The position numbers were made by a program, and so were the translations under genes. A stretch of DNA of 62,921 nucleotides, counting the filler, from Candidatus Woesearchaeota archaeon CG1_02_57_44 (lineage in GTDB: Archaea > Nanobdellota > Nanobdellia > Woesearchaeales > CG1-02-57-44): the NCBI GenBank assembly GCA_001871415.1. It is 5 parts of 5 records of this genome, joined end to end, with 100 filler letters (N's around TTAATTAATTAA, not from the genome) between each part and the next. Parts side by side here need not be neighbours in the genome. Positions count along the whole stretch, not along the records: positions 9,254 to 39,415 come from MNWW01000025.1; positions 39,516 to 47,696 come from MNWW01000061.1; 3 more parts are not named here. One strand, written 5' to 3'. A model generated the notes under the pieces. It did not search any database and was not told where the DNA came from. It saw nothing but the letters and a program-made list of their open reading frames with translations. Shown here in pieces: positions 30,469-41,839 of this stretch; position 1 is the first letter of the stretch, and the number at the start of each line of letters is the position of its first letter.

Positions 30469-31110
30469 ATGAAAAAAACCGCGGGAAAGGAGGATGAGCA
30501 TGACGCGCGCTTTTCAGCGCTCCTTGCGCTCGCGCGCGCCGCGATCTCAGCACGGCTGCTCGGCACCCCTGCGCCTGCTGTCGCGCGCGGCGACGCGAAA
30601 GCGGCGGTGTTCGTGACGCTGACCAAGCAAGGAGAACTGCGCGGCTGCATCGGACATCTGGAAGCCCACCTGCCGCTGCAGGAAGCGATCGTCGAGAACG
30701 CGCTCGCTGCGGCGTTCTCTGACCCGCGTTTTGAGCCACTGCACGCAAGCGAATTGGAGCAGGTGCGCATCGAGGTATCGGTCCTGACACCGCCGAGGGA
30801 ATTGCACTACAATGGCGCGCAGGAGTTGCTGGATTCGCTAAGCAGCGACGACGGAGTCATCATCCAGCAGGGCATGCGCAAAGCTACCTTCTTGCCGCAG
30901 GTCTGGGAGCAGCTGCCCGGCAAGGAGGCGTTCCTCTCGCACCTGTGCCAGAAGGCAGGATTGCGCGCTGACGCGTGGAAAGCAAAACAGAGCATCAGTG
31001 ACCCGGTCGTGGAGAAAATGCCCTCAGCGGCCAAGGGACTAGCCCAGGGCGCACATCCTCAGGGACTACGCGTGTGGACGTACCGGGTTGAGAAATTCTG
31101 CGAGCAGTAG
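30469..31110 (+). CDS. amrA: AmmeMemoRadiSam system protein A (AMMECR1 family)
   Basis: FVTL, LRGCIG, AAFSDPRF, IEVSVLTPP, ATFLPQVWEQ, LCQKAG. Confidence 0.93.
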   Translation: MKKTAGKEDEHDARFSALLALARAAISARLLGTPAPAVARGDAKAAVFVTLTKQGELRGCIGHLEAHLPLQEAIVENALAAAFSDPRFEPLHASELEQVRIEVSVLTPPRELHYNGAQELLDSLSSDDGVIIQQGMRKATFLPQVWEQLPGKEAFLSHLCQKAGLRADAWKAKQSISDPVVEKMPSAAKGLAQGAHPQGLRVWTYRVEKFCEQ

Positions 31111-31211
31111 ATGACTGGCGCGATGATTGAAAGAGAGCCAAGTGACCTTCACAGGGAAGATAGCAGGGAAGACAGAAAAGAAGAGAAAGAGAAGTAAGAA
31201 AAAACCTTCCT

Positions 31212-32588
31212 TCATGCCTCGCCATTGGTCTTCGGATGGTTCTTGTGCACAATCCAGTACACCATGCCGAAGATGACCAACACGATGAGCAGCACCGTGA
31301 TGATGTCGCCAGCAAGGCCCTTGGCCTTTTCCATCGGCGTCTGCGGCTCGGTCTCCGGCAACGGCACGACGCCGCAGTCAGCCGGGCAATTGTCCTCTGT
31401 CTCCCAAGGATCGCACACGTTATCATTGTTGCAACCCTGAGTCTGGGATTCCTTAGGGATGGTCCCGTCAAAGAACGCGATGGTATCAAGCGATGTCAGG
31501 CGCTTGCCGACGACATACGCACGCTCCGCACTACCGTCCAGGTCGCCCAGGCTCCACCAGAATATCGGATCAGCCTGCATGGTCGCAGGCACATCCTTGA
31601 AGAACAACGCGGCCACATCAGCGGCCACATCCTTTGGTACGACCTCAATAATGGACGCGCCATCCAGCTTGCCTTCCAGCACCATGAATATCTTGCTGCG
31701 ATACGTCGTCGCTGTACTGTCACGCTCCTTGTTGGTGATGAGATACACCTTCATGGACTTGCCCAGATGGCCAAGCTTCTGCAGCATACCTATGCGCGAT
31801 CTGAGACCCAATAGATAGTCGAGCGCATCACCCGTGGCGTAGTCCTTTGCGGCATCAAGACCTTCAATGGTCATGTCCCTGGTCTGCTTCGCTTCCTGAA
31901 TCAGCTTCGCCTCAGGCAACAATTGCAATGCCTCACGAAGCTTGGCATCCGCCTGAATGAGCAGCTCGATACGCGTTGCCATGTCGGTCTCCGACGCGGC
32001 CTGCGCGAGCAATGCCTTGGTTTCATCAAGCAACAGCTTGCCCTTAGCGATGTCCTCAGCGGTCAGGCCCAGCTCAGGGATAGCTGTCAGCCACAGCTCA
32101 TCGCTGATGATAAGCCATGCTGCATCCATACCCGTACGCACACCCTGCATCAGGGCTTCCGCCTGGTCAGCGAGCGCCTGCGCCCCGGTACTGTTGCCCT
32201 TGGCCAGCTCGGATTTCGCATTAGCCAGCAGCGTATTAGCCGTGGTGAGGTCCTGCTCATCATCGGTCTGATCAGGCAAAAAAGCTCCGCCTGTCGATGC
32301 AGCTGAAGCGCTTCCTCCACCACCACTGGAGCACACACCGCAGTCTGTCGCGCAGCTACTGCAGGTCTCGCCATTGTTGCATGTGCCATCCCCGCAGCTT
32401 TGCGTTCCTGAAGGCCCGACATTACCGCAGAGATTGCCCTGACAAGTGCTTGACGACGCGTCTGGCGTCGTCCCGATCGTCCCGGTGGCCTCAGCCGCGA
32501 AGACCGAGACCATGGCCGGAGCCATCGCGAGCAGCGCAAACAGCGCCGCCACGATGACCAGCGCCAGCAGGTTGGGTGTCGTTCTCAT
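31212..32588 (-). CDS. Exported membrane-anchored protein with Cys-rich CGDGxC-type repeats and a helical core
   Basis: Signal peptide, CGDGTCNNGETCSSCATDCG and CNNDNVCDPWETEDNCPADCG, C-terminal TM. Confidence 0.8.
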   Translation of the reverse strand: MRTTPNLLALVIVAALFALLAMAPAMVSVFAAEATGTIGTTPDASSSTCQGNLCGNVGPSGTQSCGDGTCNNGETCSSCATDCGVCSSGGGGSASAASTGGAFLPDQTDDEQDLTTANTLLANAKSELAKGNSTGAQALADQAEALMQGVRTGMDAAWLIISDELWLTAIPELGLTAEDIAKGKLLLDETKALLAQAASETDMATRIELLIQADAKLREALQLLPEAKLIQEAKQTRDMTIEGLDAAKDYATGDALDYLLGLRSRIGMLQKLGHLGKSMKVYLITNKERDSTATTYRSKIFMVLEGKLDGASIIEVVPKDVAADVAALFFKDVPATMQADPIFWWSLGDLDGSAERAYVVGKRLTSLDTIAFFDGTIPKESQTQGCNNDNVCDPWETEDNCPADCGVVPLPETEPQTPMEKAKGLAGDIITVLLIVLVIFGMVYWIVHKNHPKTNGEA

Positions 32589-32594
32589 CAGTCA

Positions 32595-35500
32595 TCAGTT
32601 CGCATTGGTGGTGTTGAACAGCGCCACCACCGTTGTGTTGTACTGCAATAGGTCGTCAACGACAACTACCGAGTACCAGTAGGTCGTATTCACACTCAAA
32701 CTGGAGTCCTCATAGTACAGACTGGTCGTGTTGCCGATGTTCGTGCCACTGGAGGTCGCTGTGAAGTTGCTGGTCGAACGGTACACGGAGTACTGCAGGA
32801 TATCTGACTCAGCACCCGCAGTCCAGGTCACGTTCATGGTCGTATTGCTCAGGTTCTCCACCACCAAGCCGGTGATCTGCACCGGCGTCACGGTATCGAT
32901 GTACACCGGGACGTAGTCAGCGGTCAGGTTCAGATTGGCCGCAGAGTCATTCAACACCACCGTGATGTTGTAGAGGATGTCCGCCTTGCCGGTCGGCAAC
33001 GTCCAGTCATAGTACCAGCTGGTCGTGCCAGTCGCCGCGACCAGGGTGGTTCCCTGATCGAAGGTCAGGAGCACGTTCTCCACGCCTGCGAGACTATCTG
33101 ACGCCGTGCCATTGATGCGCACCGTTGTGCCACTGAGGTTCGCGTAGTCTGCGAGCGCGCTTACCGTGCCGGATGGACTCACGGTATCCACCGTGAAGTT
33201 CCAGGTGCTCGTGTTGGTGCTCTGCCCCGACGCGTCATAAGCGATGACACGCCAGTACCAGACGCCCTGCGCGAACGCGGTCCAGTTGGTGCTCACATTG
33301 CTGACCGCGTCCGTGATGTTGGTGTAGTTGACGGTCGCAAACGAACTGACAGCGCTCACCTGGATGGTGTAATTGACGAAGTTATTGTCCGTCGTCGCGC
33401 TCCAGACCAGCGCCGGCTGGGTCTGGCTGCTCTTCGCGCCATCGGCCGGCAGGCTCAGACTGAAGGCAGTCGGCGGGGAGCTGTCCTCGACATAGACCCA
33501 GTAGGTTTCAGAGGATCTCCTGCTCTGACTCACCTTGTCGTAGGCCGCCACATACCAGTACCATGTGGTGTTGCCTGTCAACGCTGTTGTCGGCGTGAAG
33601 GTCGTTGTCGCCGCGCTGCCGCTGACATTATAGAGCGTCAGGTTCGCGGTCGCGAACGTCGGCAGGGTGTCGATGTAGAGGGTGTAGTTCTCGAAGTTGG
33701 TGTCACTGCTGTTGGTCCAGTTGAACAACGGGGTCGTGTCCGCGCTCGTCGTGCCATTGACCGGGCCGGTCAGGTTGAAGGCCAGCGGCACCGCCGTGTC
33801 TATCGTCAGCACGAAGGTGCTGTTGGACACGGCGCTCTGCCCGGCGCTGTCATAGGCGATGACACGCCAGTAGTAGCTGCCATCGGCCAGGGTCGTGGTG
33901 TTGTGCGTCACGTTCGCTGCGGTCCTCGTGTAGTTGACATGCCACACCGCGGCGAAGCTGCTCGTGTTGCTCACCTGGATGGTGTAGTTGTCGAAGTTGC
34001 TGTCCGTCGTCTGGGTCCAGACGAAGTTGGGCATGGTGTTGTTGGTGTAGGTGCCATTGGCTGGCAGGCTGAGCTCGATGCTCGTCGGCTCGGTCACATC
34101 CTCGATGTAGATGTAGTACACCTCGGTGCTGTTGCGCTTGTTGCCCGCGAGGTCATAGGCCGCCACATACCAGTAATACGTGATGTCGCCGGTCAATGCG
34201 GTTGACGGCGTGTAGTTGGTCTGCGCCACAATGCCGCTGACATTATAGACCGTCAGGTTGGCCGTGTCAAAGCTGGTCGCTGTGTCCACGTAGATGGTGT
34301 AGTTGGCGAAGTTGGTGTCGCTGGACGCGCCCCAGATGAAGGTCGGGGTCGTGTCATTGGACACGCTGTTGTTGCTGGGTCCTGTCAGGCTGAACGCGGC
34401 CGGCAGGGTCGTATCCAGCGTGAAGCTGTAGCTGTAGGTCGTCAGGCCTGACTCATCAGCCGCGGATGCGTAGTCAGACGGGGTCACGTTCAGCGTGAAC
34501 ACGCCATCTTCCAGCGTGCCATAGGACACGAAGTCCAGGCGGCTTTCGCTCGTCGCGTTGCTGTAGCCGGCGGTCTTGCCCGTGGTGTTGTAGAGCTGCA
34601 CGATGCTGCGCTCCGTATACACGCCGGATCCGCTGCCGTCCGTGAGGTTGGCATAGATCTGGGTCGGGGCCGTTGCCAGGTAGGTGCCGTTGGTCGGCAC
34701 CGTCGCTTCCACGCTCGGCGCGTCGGTATCATAGCTCTTCACGCCATAGGTCGTGTAGTAGGTCCCCGCGGCGGCCGTCGTAGGCAGGTTCATGCTCAAT
34801 GTAAATGTCCTGCTGCCATTGGTGATGTTCAGGTAGTCGGTCATGTCCGCGTAGCTGTTGTCGACCGTCAGGTTCGGCCCGACGATGTAGGCCGCGCCTG
34901 TCACATCGAGGGTCGCTGTGCCATCCGAGCTTGTCCAGTCCGCCAGCTTCACCTTGACGCGGTCGCCCGCGTGGTTGGCCAATGTCACGGTGAAGTTGAA
35001 TGTCCAGTTATAGCCGGTGGTCACCAACGGGTTGATGGACACGGTCAGGGTGTCATTCGCGTCCGCGCGGATGAACGAGGTAGTGCTGGTGTCTGTCCCG
35101 CTGCTCGCGTCGCTGACACTGATGACCATGGTCACATTGGCCACCAGGAGCGTCTCGGCTGTGACGGTGCAGTTATAGAAGCTGCTGGTGCCGTCATTGG
35201 TCGCCGCGCAGCTCACGCCATTGGAGACCGTGTACACCGACACATTGTCCTCGAAGGTGTTGCTGGTCGTGTTCAGCCGCTTGCTGGTCAGGGTCACCTG
35301 CGGGCTCGCCAGGTCGATGGCCGCGAACGCCGATGGACTCACCTTGAAATTGACGAGCGGGGTTGAGTCCGTGGTGCTCGCCGTGTCAGCCGGGCTCACG
35401 CCGTAGATCTGCGGGCTGAACGTGTTGATGCCGAAGGTCAATGTCTTCGTCGTGGTCACACTAGCGTTGCTGCTCGCGACGACCGTGATGACGTGGTCAC

Positions 35501-38500
35501 CGTCGTTCCATGTCCAGGTCGGGATATAGTAGATGCCTGACCCGGTCACGGTGCTGTTGGCGGTCACATCATAGGTCATACCATTGTTCTCCACGGTGAT
35601 GGACACGCTGCTGGTGTTGATGCCAACGCTGTCAGCGAGGCTCACGTTGATGTCCACGGTGTTGTTGCTGCTGTAGCGCTGCGTCGGGCTCACCAAGGCA
35701 ACCACTGGACCGGATGTCGCTGGCTGGTAGACGATGGTGTCATTCTCCACCGTGCTGCTCAGGCCATCGCTGCTGCGGCACTGATAGTACACGGTACGGG
35801 TACCTGCGTTGCCTGATGACAGGGTCCAGGATGCGGTGGTCCCATAGGGGTTCCAACCGGTCCAGGCGCTGTTGTCATTGCTCAAGCGGCAGGTAGACGC
35901 GTCGGTGGCCGCCAGTGTCAAGGCGACAGCCAGGGACGTGGTATAGGCAGCACCTCCTTCGATGCTGACACTCAACGCCGATGGCGCCGCGACACCCACG
36001 GTGAAATTCCATGACTGGTTTATCTCATTGGCGTTGTTGTCATAGCCCTGCGCCCATACATAGACGACGCTGCCATTGGTGAAGGCCGCCACGGGATTGT
36101 AGACCACACGGTAGCCGTTGTCGATTGCCAACACGGTCGCATTGTCGAGCACTGTCTCGTTGTTGACCAGCAGCACAAGGCGGCTCTGATTCACACCATC
36201 ACCTGAATCCGTGATGTTGAACGCGATGACCGGCTGCAGATCGCCCACAGCTGCACCGCTCGCGGGGAGCAGGGAACCGATGGCAGGCGCAGTAGTATCT
36301 GTACTGGATACCTGCACGGTGAAGTTCCACACCGCCGCTGAGCTCAGGTCCTTGTTACCTGCCGCATCAACAGCAGTGACACGCCAGAAATACTGGACCG
36401 TGTCCGTCAGTGACTCGTTGAAGGTGTAGGAGGTCACGTCGCCGCCCAGTGTGAGATTTCGCACCACGCTGCTGAAGTCGCTGTCATCGTCCACGTGCAG
36501 GATATAGCTGGACTCATTCTCGTTGAGGTCCTGCCAAGACATCGTCGGTTTGAGCGTGGCCACATCGGTGTCGCTGAGCGGGCTCGTCAGGGTCACGACG
36601 CCGGGCTGTGATGTGTCCACCACAAAGGCGATATACACCGCAGATCCCCACGTGTCGGTCGCATCCTGGCCTCGCACATACAAGTAGTAGGTGCCATCAG
36701 ACAATGAGGGCACATCGATGGTCGCGTACACGAAGTCAGAGACATTGCCGTCAAAACTGAGGTCTGCTGGCAGCATCGCTGTCCCGTTACCATTGCCCGG
36801 GTCGACGTTGATGAAGTACTCCGCCGCCTGGATGTCGCTTCCGCCGTGCGCGGTGTCATCCACATAGGCGCTCAGCGTGACATTGGCGCTGGCGGGATTC
36901 GCGGACACGGTGACCTGGCTCGTCAGCGGGCCGTTGCTATCGCCGGCCACCGCGTAGAGCGAGAGGTGCGTTACCTGCGCCCAGACATAATTCTCGACGG
37001 TGTTGACACCGACAGCAGTCACCCAGTCCATGCTGGAGACAAGACGCTGCCATCTGCCCTGTTCGTTGTTGTAGTAGAACATGGCAAGGTCGCTCTCCTG
37101 CACATTGCCCAAGCGGGACTCATCATAGAAGACCTTGATGAGTACACTTGTGATGTTGGTGTTGTTGATGGTCGAGCTGATGTCCACATAGGTGGATACC
37201 GGTGTCGCCTGCAGCTGGCTGAAGATATCGCTGCCGCTCGGATCGTCCGTATAGCGCGCCACCGTCACGGTGTGGTTGATCTGCTCAGTGCTCGTCGTTA
37301 TATTGAGCTCCACATCAGCCGCCGACGCGTTGACGAACGTCTGGTTGTCGCTGTCCGTGGTCACGCTGGTGTTGGTCGAGACTCCCTGGCCGCCGAAGCC
37401 GAGCTGGAAGGACTGCGCGTCCATGTAGGTCTTCAGGTTCGCCACAGTATCTGTCGCGTTCACGGTCACGGTGTAAGTGCCGTTCTGCCAGCTGGTTGTG
37501 TCTACGGTCGCGTTGAAGTTATCGTCCGCGCTCGCGCTCATCAGCATGGACACCTTGTCCTGGAACTGGTTGGTGGTGGTGTTGAGCCATCTGACCAAAA
37601 GCCAGGTATCGGCATCGCTCACGCCTGATGTCGCATCAGTCACGGTGGCATTGACCCCTATCGCCGTCCCTGTGGAACCATTGTTCGGCGAGAGGCTCAC
37701 CACGATGGTCGGGACCAAGCTGTCCTGTGTCACGGTCACTTCCGTGTGATTGTTGTTGTTCGCGTTGTCGCGCAGGGTGATGTTGATGATACCGCCCGTG
37801 TCGCTGGACGTCGCGTTGTAGGTGACGGACCAGGGCGTGAAGCTGCCGGTCAGGTTGTCGGGGCTGTCAGCGAGCAGGGTGCCGAAGCCAAGGTGCAGCA
37901 GGTCAGCGGGGCTGTCAGCCGCAGTGCCGGAGATCACGAAGGCTGCCGGGGTCGCGGACTGTCCGACACCGAAATAGACCTGGCTGGTGCCTGAGCTGTT
38001 GATGTAGACCGTCGAATCAGCGATGGTGGTCACGACGAGCCCGGGCGCTGTGTTGTCGCTGTTCACCGTGATGGTCGCGGTATTGTTCAGGTTCGTCGCG
38101 TTGTCATAGGCCATCAGCTCCAGGGTATTTGACTGGCTGGGCGCGCTGCTCAAGGTGCAGGTCGCGTTGTAGATGTCAGTCGTGCCGTTGCGCGGCATGA
38201 CGAGCCACTCGCTGCAGCCCAGGGCGGACGCGTTGATGGTCACGTTCTTGATGCCTGCGAGGTTGTCGGTCACCACGGCCGCGAGGCCCACGACGTCACC
38301 GTCCTTTGCCCAGGTCTGGCCTGTCGGGTAGGTCGCGGCGAGGCCGGTCACGCTCGGGTTTGTGGAATCAGCCATGACCGTCAATGTCGTCGTGTCATTG
38401 GTGTTGCTCGCGTTGTCGATTGCGGTGATGGTCAGTGAGTGCACGCTGTCAGCGGCTCCAGCCAACGTGCAGCTCGCGTTATAGCGCGGACTGCCCACGC

Positions 38501-39415
38501 TGTCCTGCTCCAGCAGGAGCGCGGCGCTGCAGCCAAGCGCGCTCGCATCGACAGAGACATTGTAGATGCCGGCCGGCGTGTCCGTGACGTAGGCCTGCAG
38601 ATCGACCACGTCGCCGTTCTTGGCAGCCTCCTGTCCGGTCGGATAGATAGTGGTATTGGCAATCACGGTCGGATTGGTGGAGTCCACGGTCACGGCCAGC
38701 GTGGTCGTATTCGTGTTGTCCGCGTTGTCGATGGCCGTCACCGGCAGCGTGTAAGAACCGTCAGTGATGCCCGACAGAGCGCACGTATTATTGTACTGCG
38801 CAGTCGCGCCATCCTGCACCAGCGCCAGGGTCTCAGAACAACCAATATCAGACGCGTTCACGGTCAAAGACGCGATACCCGCAGGGCTATCAGACATGGT
38901 AACCATCAACGCCACCGTCTGCGTGTTCTTCGCCGCATTCTGCCCCGCCGGATACACCGTCAGATTCGCAAGCAGATCAGGCGCCACATCATCAACCGTT
39001 ATGTTAATCCACATCGTATCATTATAATTCGCAGCCGAATCCGTCGCATTGAAAGCCAGCGTACAAGTAGTGCCAGCAGAGCAGCCCAACGCACTCGCGT
39101 TCAGATACGCAGCATACACACTACCCGCCTGCACGGTCATCAAAAACTCCGTACCAGCGCTCACTGTGAGATTCACCAGATTCGTCTCAGTCAACGTCAC
39201 ATTCACCCAGACATTCTGCGTGCTCTGCACAATCGCATCAGTCACCGCAGCATCACTCACCTCAGGAACCGTGCTATCCACGGTCAAGGTCAGGGTCGTG
39301 GTCGCGTTGCTGTTGCTCGCGTTGTCGATGGCGGTCACAAGCAAAGATGTGGCACCATCAGCGGCTCCAGCCAACGTGCAGCTCGCATTATAGCGCGGAC
39401 TGCCCACGCTGTCCT
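32595..39415 (-). CDS. Giant surface glycoprotein with tandem Ig-like/FN3 repeats (>2270 aa, 5' truncated at contig end)
   Basis: Open frame up to the linker; repeated D..P...AxD.A.N modules, YYWRVIAYD repeats, very many N-x-S/T sequons, internal PGF-pre-PGF-like segment. Confidence 0.9.
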
Positions 39416-39515
39416 NNNNNNNNNNNNNNNNNNNNNNNNNNNNNNNNNNNNNNNNNNNNTTAATTAATTAANNNNNNNNNNNNNNNNNNNNNNNNNNNNN
39501 NNNNNNNNNNNNNNN
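39416..39515. other. Artificial contig linker
   Basis: 100 nt N/TTAATTAATTAA/N. Confidence 0.98.
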
Positions 39516-39932
39516 CTGTACGCGCAGGAGGCATGCCCGATCATCGGCGCGTGCGAGGTGGCCAAGGATGACGTGTCCCGCTACGGCATCATCGCAGGTG
39601 AACCGGTGACAGGAGATGCGCAGGGCACCTTGCGCGTGACAGACCTGGTGGAGAAGCCAAGCCCGGCGGAGGCGCCCAGCACCATGGCGATAGCGGGCCG
39701 ATACATCTTGACGCCTGACATCTTTGACGCGCTGGCACAGACCCGACGGGACCGTTCTGGCCAGGTGCAGCTGACCGACGCGCTGGCGGGCATCGCGAAG
39801 AAGCAGAAAGTGCTGGCGCGTGTGCTGGATGGCAAGCGTTATGACATCGGCAGCCGAAAGGATTATGTACAGGCGGTCGTGGACTTCGCGAGAAGCGACC
39901 CGCAGTATCTCGATATCGTTGGCAGCAAGTGA
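39516..39932 (+). CDS. galU: UTP-glucose-1-phosphate uridylyltransferase (5' truncated)
   Basis: VSRYGII, LVEKPSPAEAPS..AIAGRYILTPDIF, QLTDAL, RYDIG. Confidence 0.9.
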   Translation: MYAQEACPIIGACEVAKDDVSRYGIIAGEPVTGDAQGTLRVTDLVEKPSPAEAPSTMAIAGRYILTPDIFDALAQTRRDRSGQVQLTDALAGIAKKQKVLARVLDGKRYDIGSRKDYVQAVVDFARSDPQYLDIVGSK

Positions 39933-40038
39933 GGCGACGTCGTGGATTGTGTGGCGGGCATCGGCTCAGGGGCGACAGTTCTCAGGCAACGGCCCAAAAC
40001 AAACCTATATAACCAGGAAATACTCTCAGGTGATACGC

Positions 40039-40767
40039 ATGGAAGTCATCATACCATCAGCAGGATATGCTACAAGGCTCTATCCATTGACTATCGACCG
40101 GCCCAAGCACCTGCTGGAAGTGGCGGGAAAGCCCATCCTCGAGCACGTGCTCGACAAGGTCAAGGAGCTCGGGCCAAGGCGCATCCATCTCGTGACCAAT
40201 GACAAGTTCGCCAGCAACTTCGAGGACTGGGCAAAGCTCTACAAGCATCCGGACCTGCACGTCATCAATGATAAGACCAAGAGCAACGATGATCGCCTGG
40301 GCCAGATAGGCGATATCCAGCTGGTGATCGACACGCAGAAGATTGACGACGACCTGGTCATCCTCGCGGGCGACAATCTCTTCAACTTCTCGCTCATCGA
40401 CGCGCATACCGTGTTTGTCGAGCATGGCAAGCCGGTCAACGCGGCCTTCGACATAGGCAATACGGCGCACGCGCGTCATCTTGGCGTGCTCGAGGTCGAT
40501 CATCGCAACCGCATAACAGCATTCCAGGAAAAGCCGGAGCATCCCAAGTCGACACTGGTCTCGTTGGGCATCTACTTCTTCCCGCGAAAGCATGTCCCGC
40601 TCATCAGCGAGTATCTGGCGCAGGGCAATAGCCCGGACAAGATGGGTCATTTCATGGAATGGCTGCTTGAGCGCGAGCAGGTCTTCACGCACATCTACAA
40701 GGACCAGTGGTTTGACATCGGCGTTCCCGAGCAGCTGGAAGAGGCCCGGAGGGATTTTACGCCATGA
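40039..40767 (+). CDS. Sugar-phosphate nucleotidyltransferase
   Basis: AGYATRLYPLT..PKHLL, AGDNLF, FQEKP, WFDIG; AGGTGA RBS. Confidence 0.9.
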   Translation: MEVIIPSAGYATRLYPLTIDRPKHLLEVAGKPILEHVLDKVKELGPRRIHLVTNDKFASNFEDWAKLYKHPDLHVINDKTKSNDDRLGQIGDIQLVIDTQKIDDDLVILAGDNLFNFSLIDAHTVFVEHGKPVNAAFDIGNTAHARHLGVLEVDHRNRITAFQEKPEHPKSTLVSLGIYFFPRKHVPLISEYLAQGNSPDKMGHFMEWLLEREQVFTHIYKDQWFDIGVPEQLEEARRDFTP

Positions 40768-40849
40768 GCTCTCCGGCGGTGGGCGAGCATGCTCATGAGG
40801 AAGGTTACAGGTGTGATGCCATGAGAGGACGGATGAGGTGCGTTGCGGC

Positions 40850-41839
40850 ATGAGGGTCGTGCTGACAGGCGGCGCCGGATTCATCGGCAGCCACATCGCT
40901 GAGGCCCTGCTGCGCCAGGGGCACACGGTCCTCATCATCGATGACCTCAGCACAGGGCAGCGCGATTTCATCTCCAAGTATGCCAAGTTTGTCCAGGCAT
41001 CCATCCTTGACCCTGCGTGCGCGAAGGCGATAGCATCCTTCCATGCGGACGCCATCGTGCATCAGGCAGCGCAGATTGACGTGGCAAAGTCCATGCAGGA
41101 TCCTGCCTCGGACATCAAGGTCAATTTCTCCGGCACGCTCGCTATCCTTGAGGCGGCGAGGCCCAATAAAACGCCCATCGTCTTCGCGTCATCGGCCGCG
41201 GTCTACGGCGACAATCCTGATATCCCCCTGTGTGAGGACGCGGACACCTATCCCATCAGCACGTATGGCGTCTCCAAGCTGTCCAGCGAGCTCATCTGCA
41301 AGGCCTATGAGCGTACCCATGGCGTGCCGTGCGTCGCGCTGCGCTACAGCAATGTCTATGGCCCCCGTCAGGCGACCCGAGGCGAAGGCGGTGTGGTCTC
41401 TGTGTTCATCCGCGCGCTCCTGCAGGACAAGGTGCCGACCATCTACGGCACGGGGGAGCAGACGCGTGATTTCGTCTATGTTGAGGATGTTGCCGATGCT
41501 AATATGGCGGCACTATCATGGCTGCTCAAGAACAGGCATGGCGCAGTGGTCAATGTGTCCACCGGCAGGCAGACATCCATCATCGATTTGCACAAGCAGG
41601 TCGCGAAGCGGATGTCGTCGAGTCCTGCCTGCCAGCAGCAGCCAGTGATGGCGGACACGCGCGCCGGCGATATCATGCACAGCTCCCTTGATCCCACGAA
41701 GGCGCAAGGGATCTTTGAATGGCAGGCAGCAACAGCGTTAAGCGACGGCCTTAGGCACACCATCTCCTATTTCCGCGCACAAGCTGACGGCCGCGAGGGT
41801 GATGCCAGCAAGCGTGATGCCAGCAAGGGTGATGCGTGA
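40850..41839 (+). CDS. NAD-dependent nucleotide-sugar epimerase (UDP-glucose 4-epimerase-like)
   Basis: TGGAGFIGSH, SSAAVYG, YGVSK, YSNVYGPRQ, GEQTRDFVYV. Confidence 0.9.
   Translation: MRVVLTGGAGFIGSHIAEALLRQGHTVLIIDDLSTGQRDFISKYAKFVQASILDPACAKAIASFHADAIVHQAAQIDVAKSMQDPASDIKVNFSGTLAILEAARPNKTPIVFASSAAVYGDNPDIPLCEDADTYPISTYGVSKLSSELICKAYERTHGVPCVALRYSNVYGPRQATRGEGGVVSVFIRALLQDKVPTIYGTGEQTRDFVYVEDVADANMAALSWLLKNRHGAVVNVSTGRQTSIIDLHKQVAKRMSSSPACQQQPVMADTRAGDIMHSSLDPTKAQGIFEWQAATALSDGLRHTISYFRAQADGREGDASKRDASKGDA

Noticed and set aside
33200..34420. Diversity-generating retroelement TR/VR pair in the giant gene
   Set aside because: Repeats are in-frame domain duplications differing at all base types, and no reverse transcriptase is in the window
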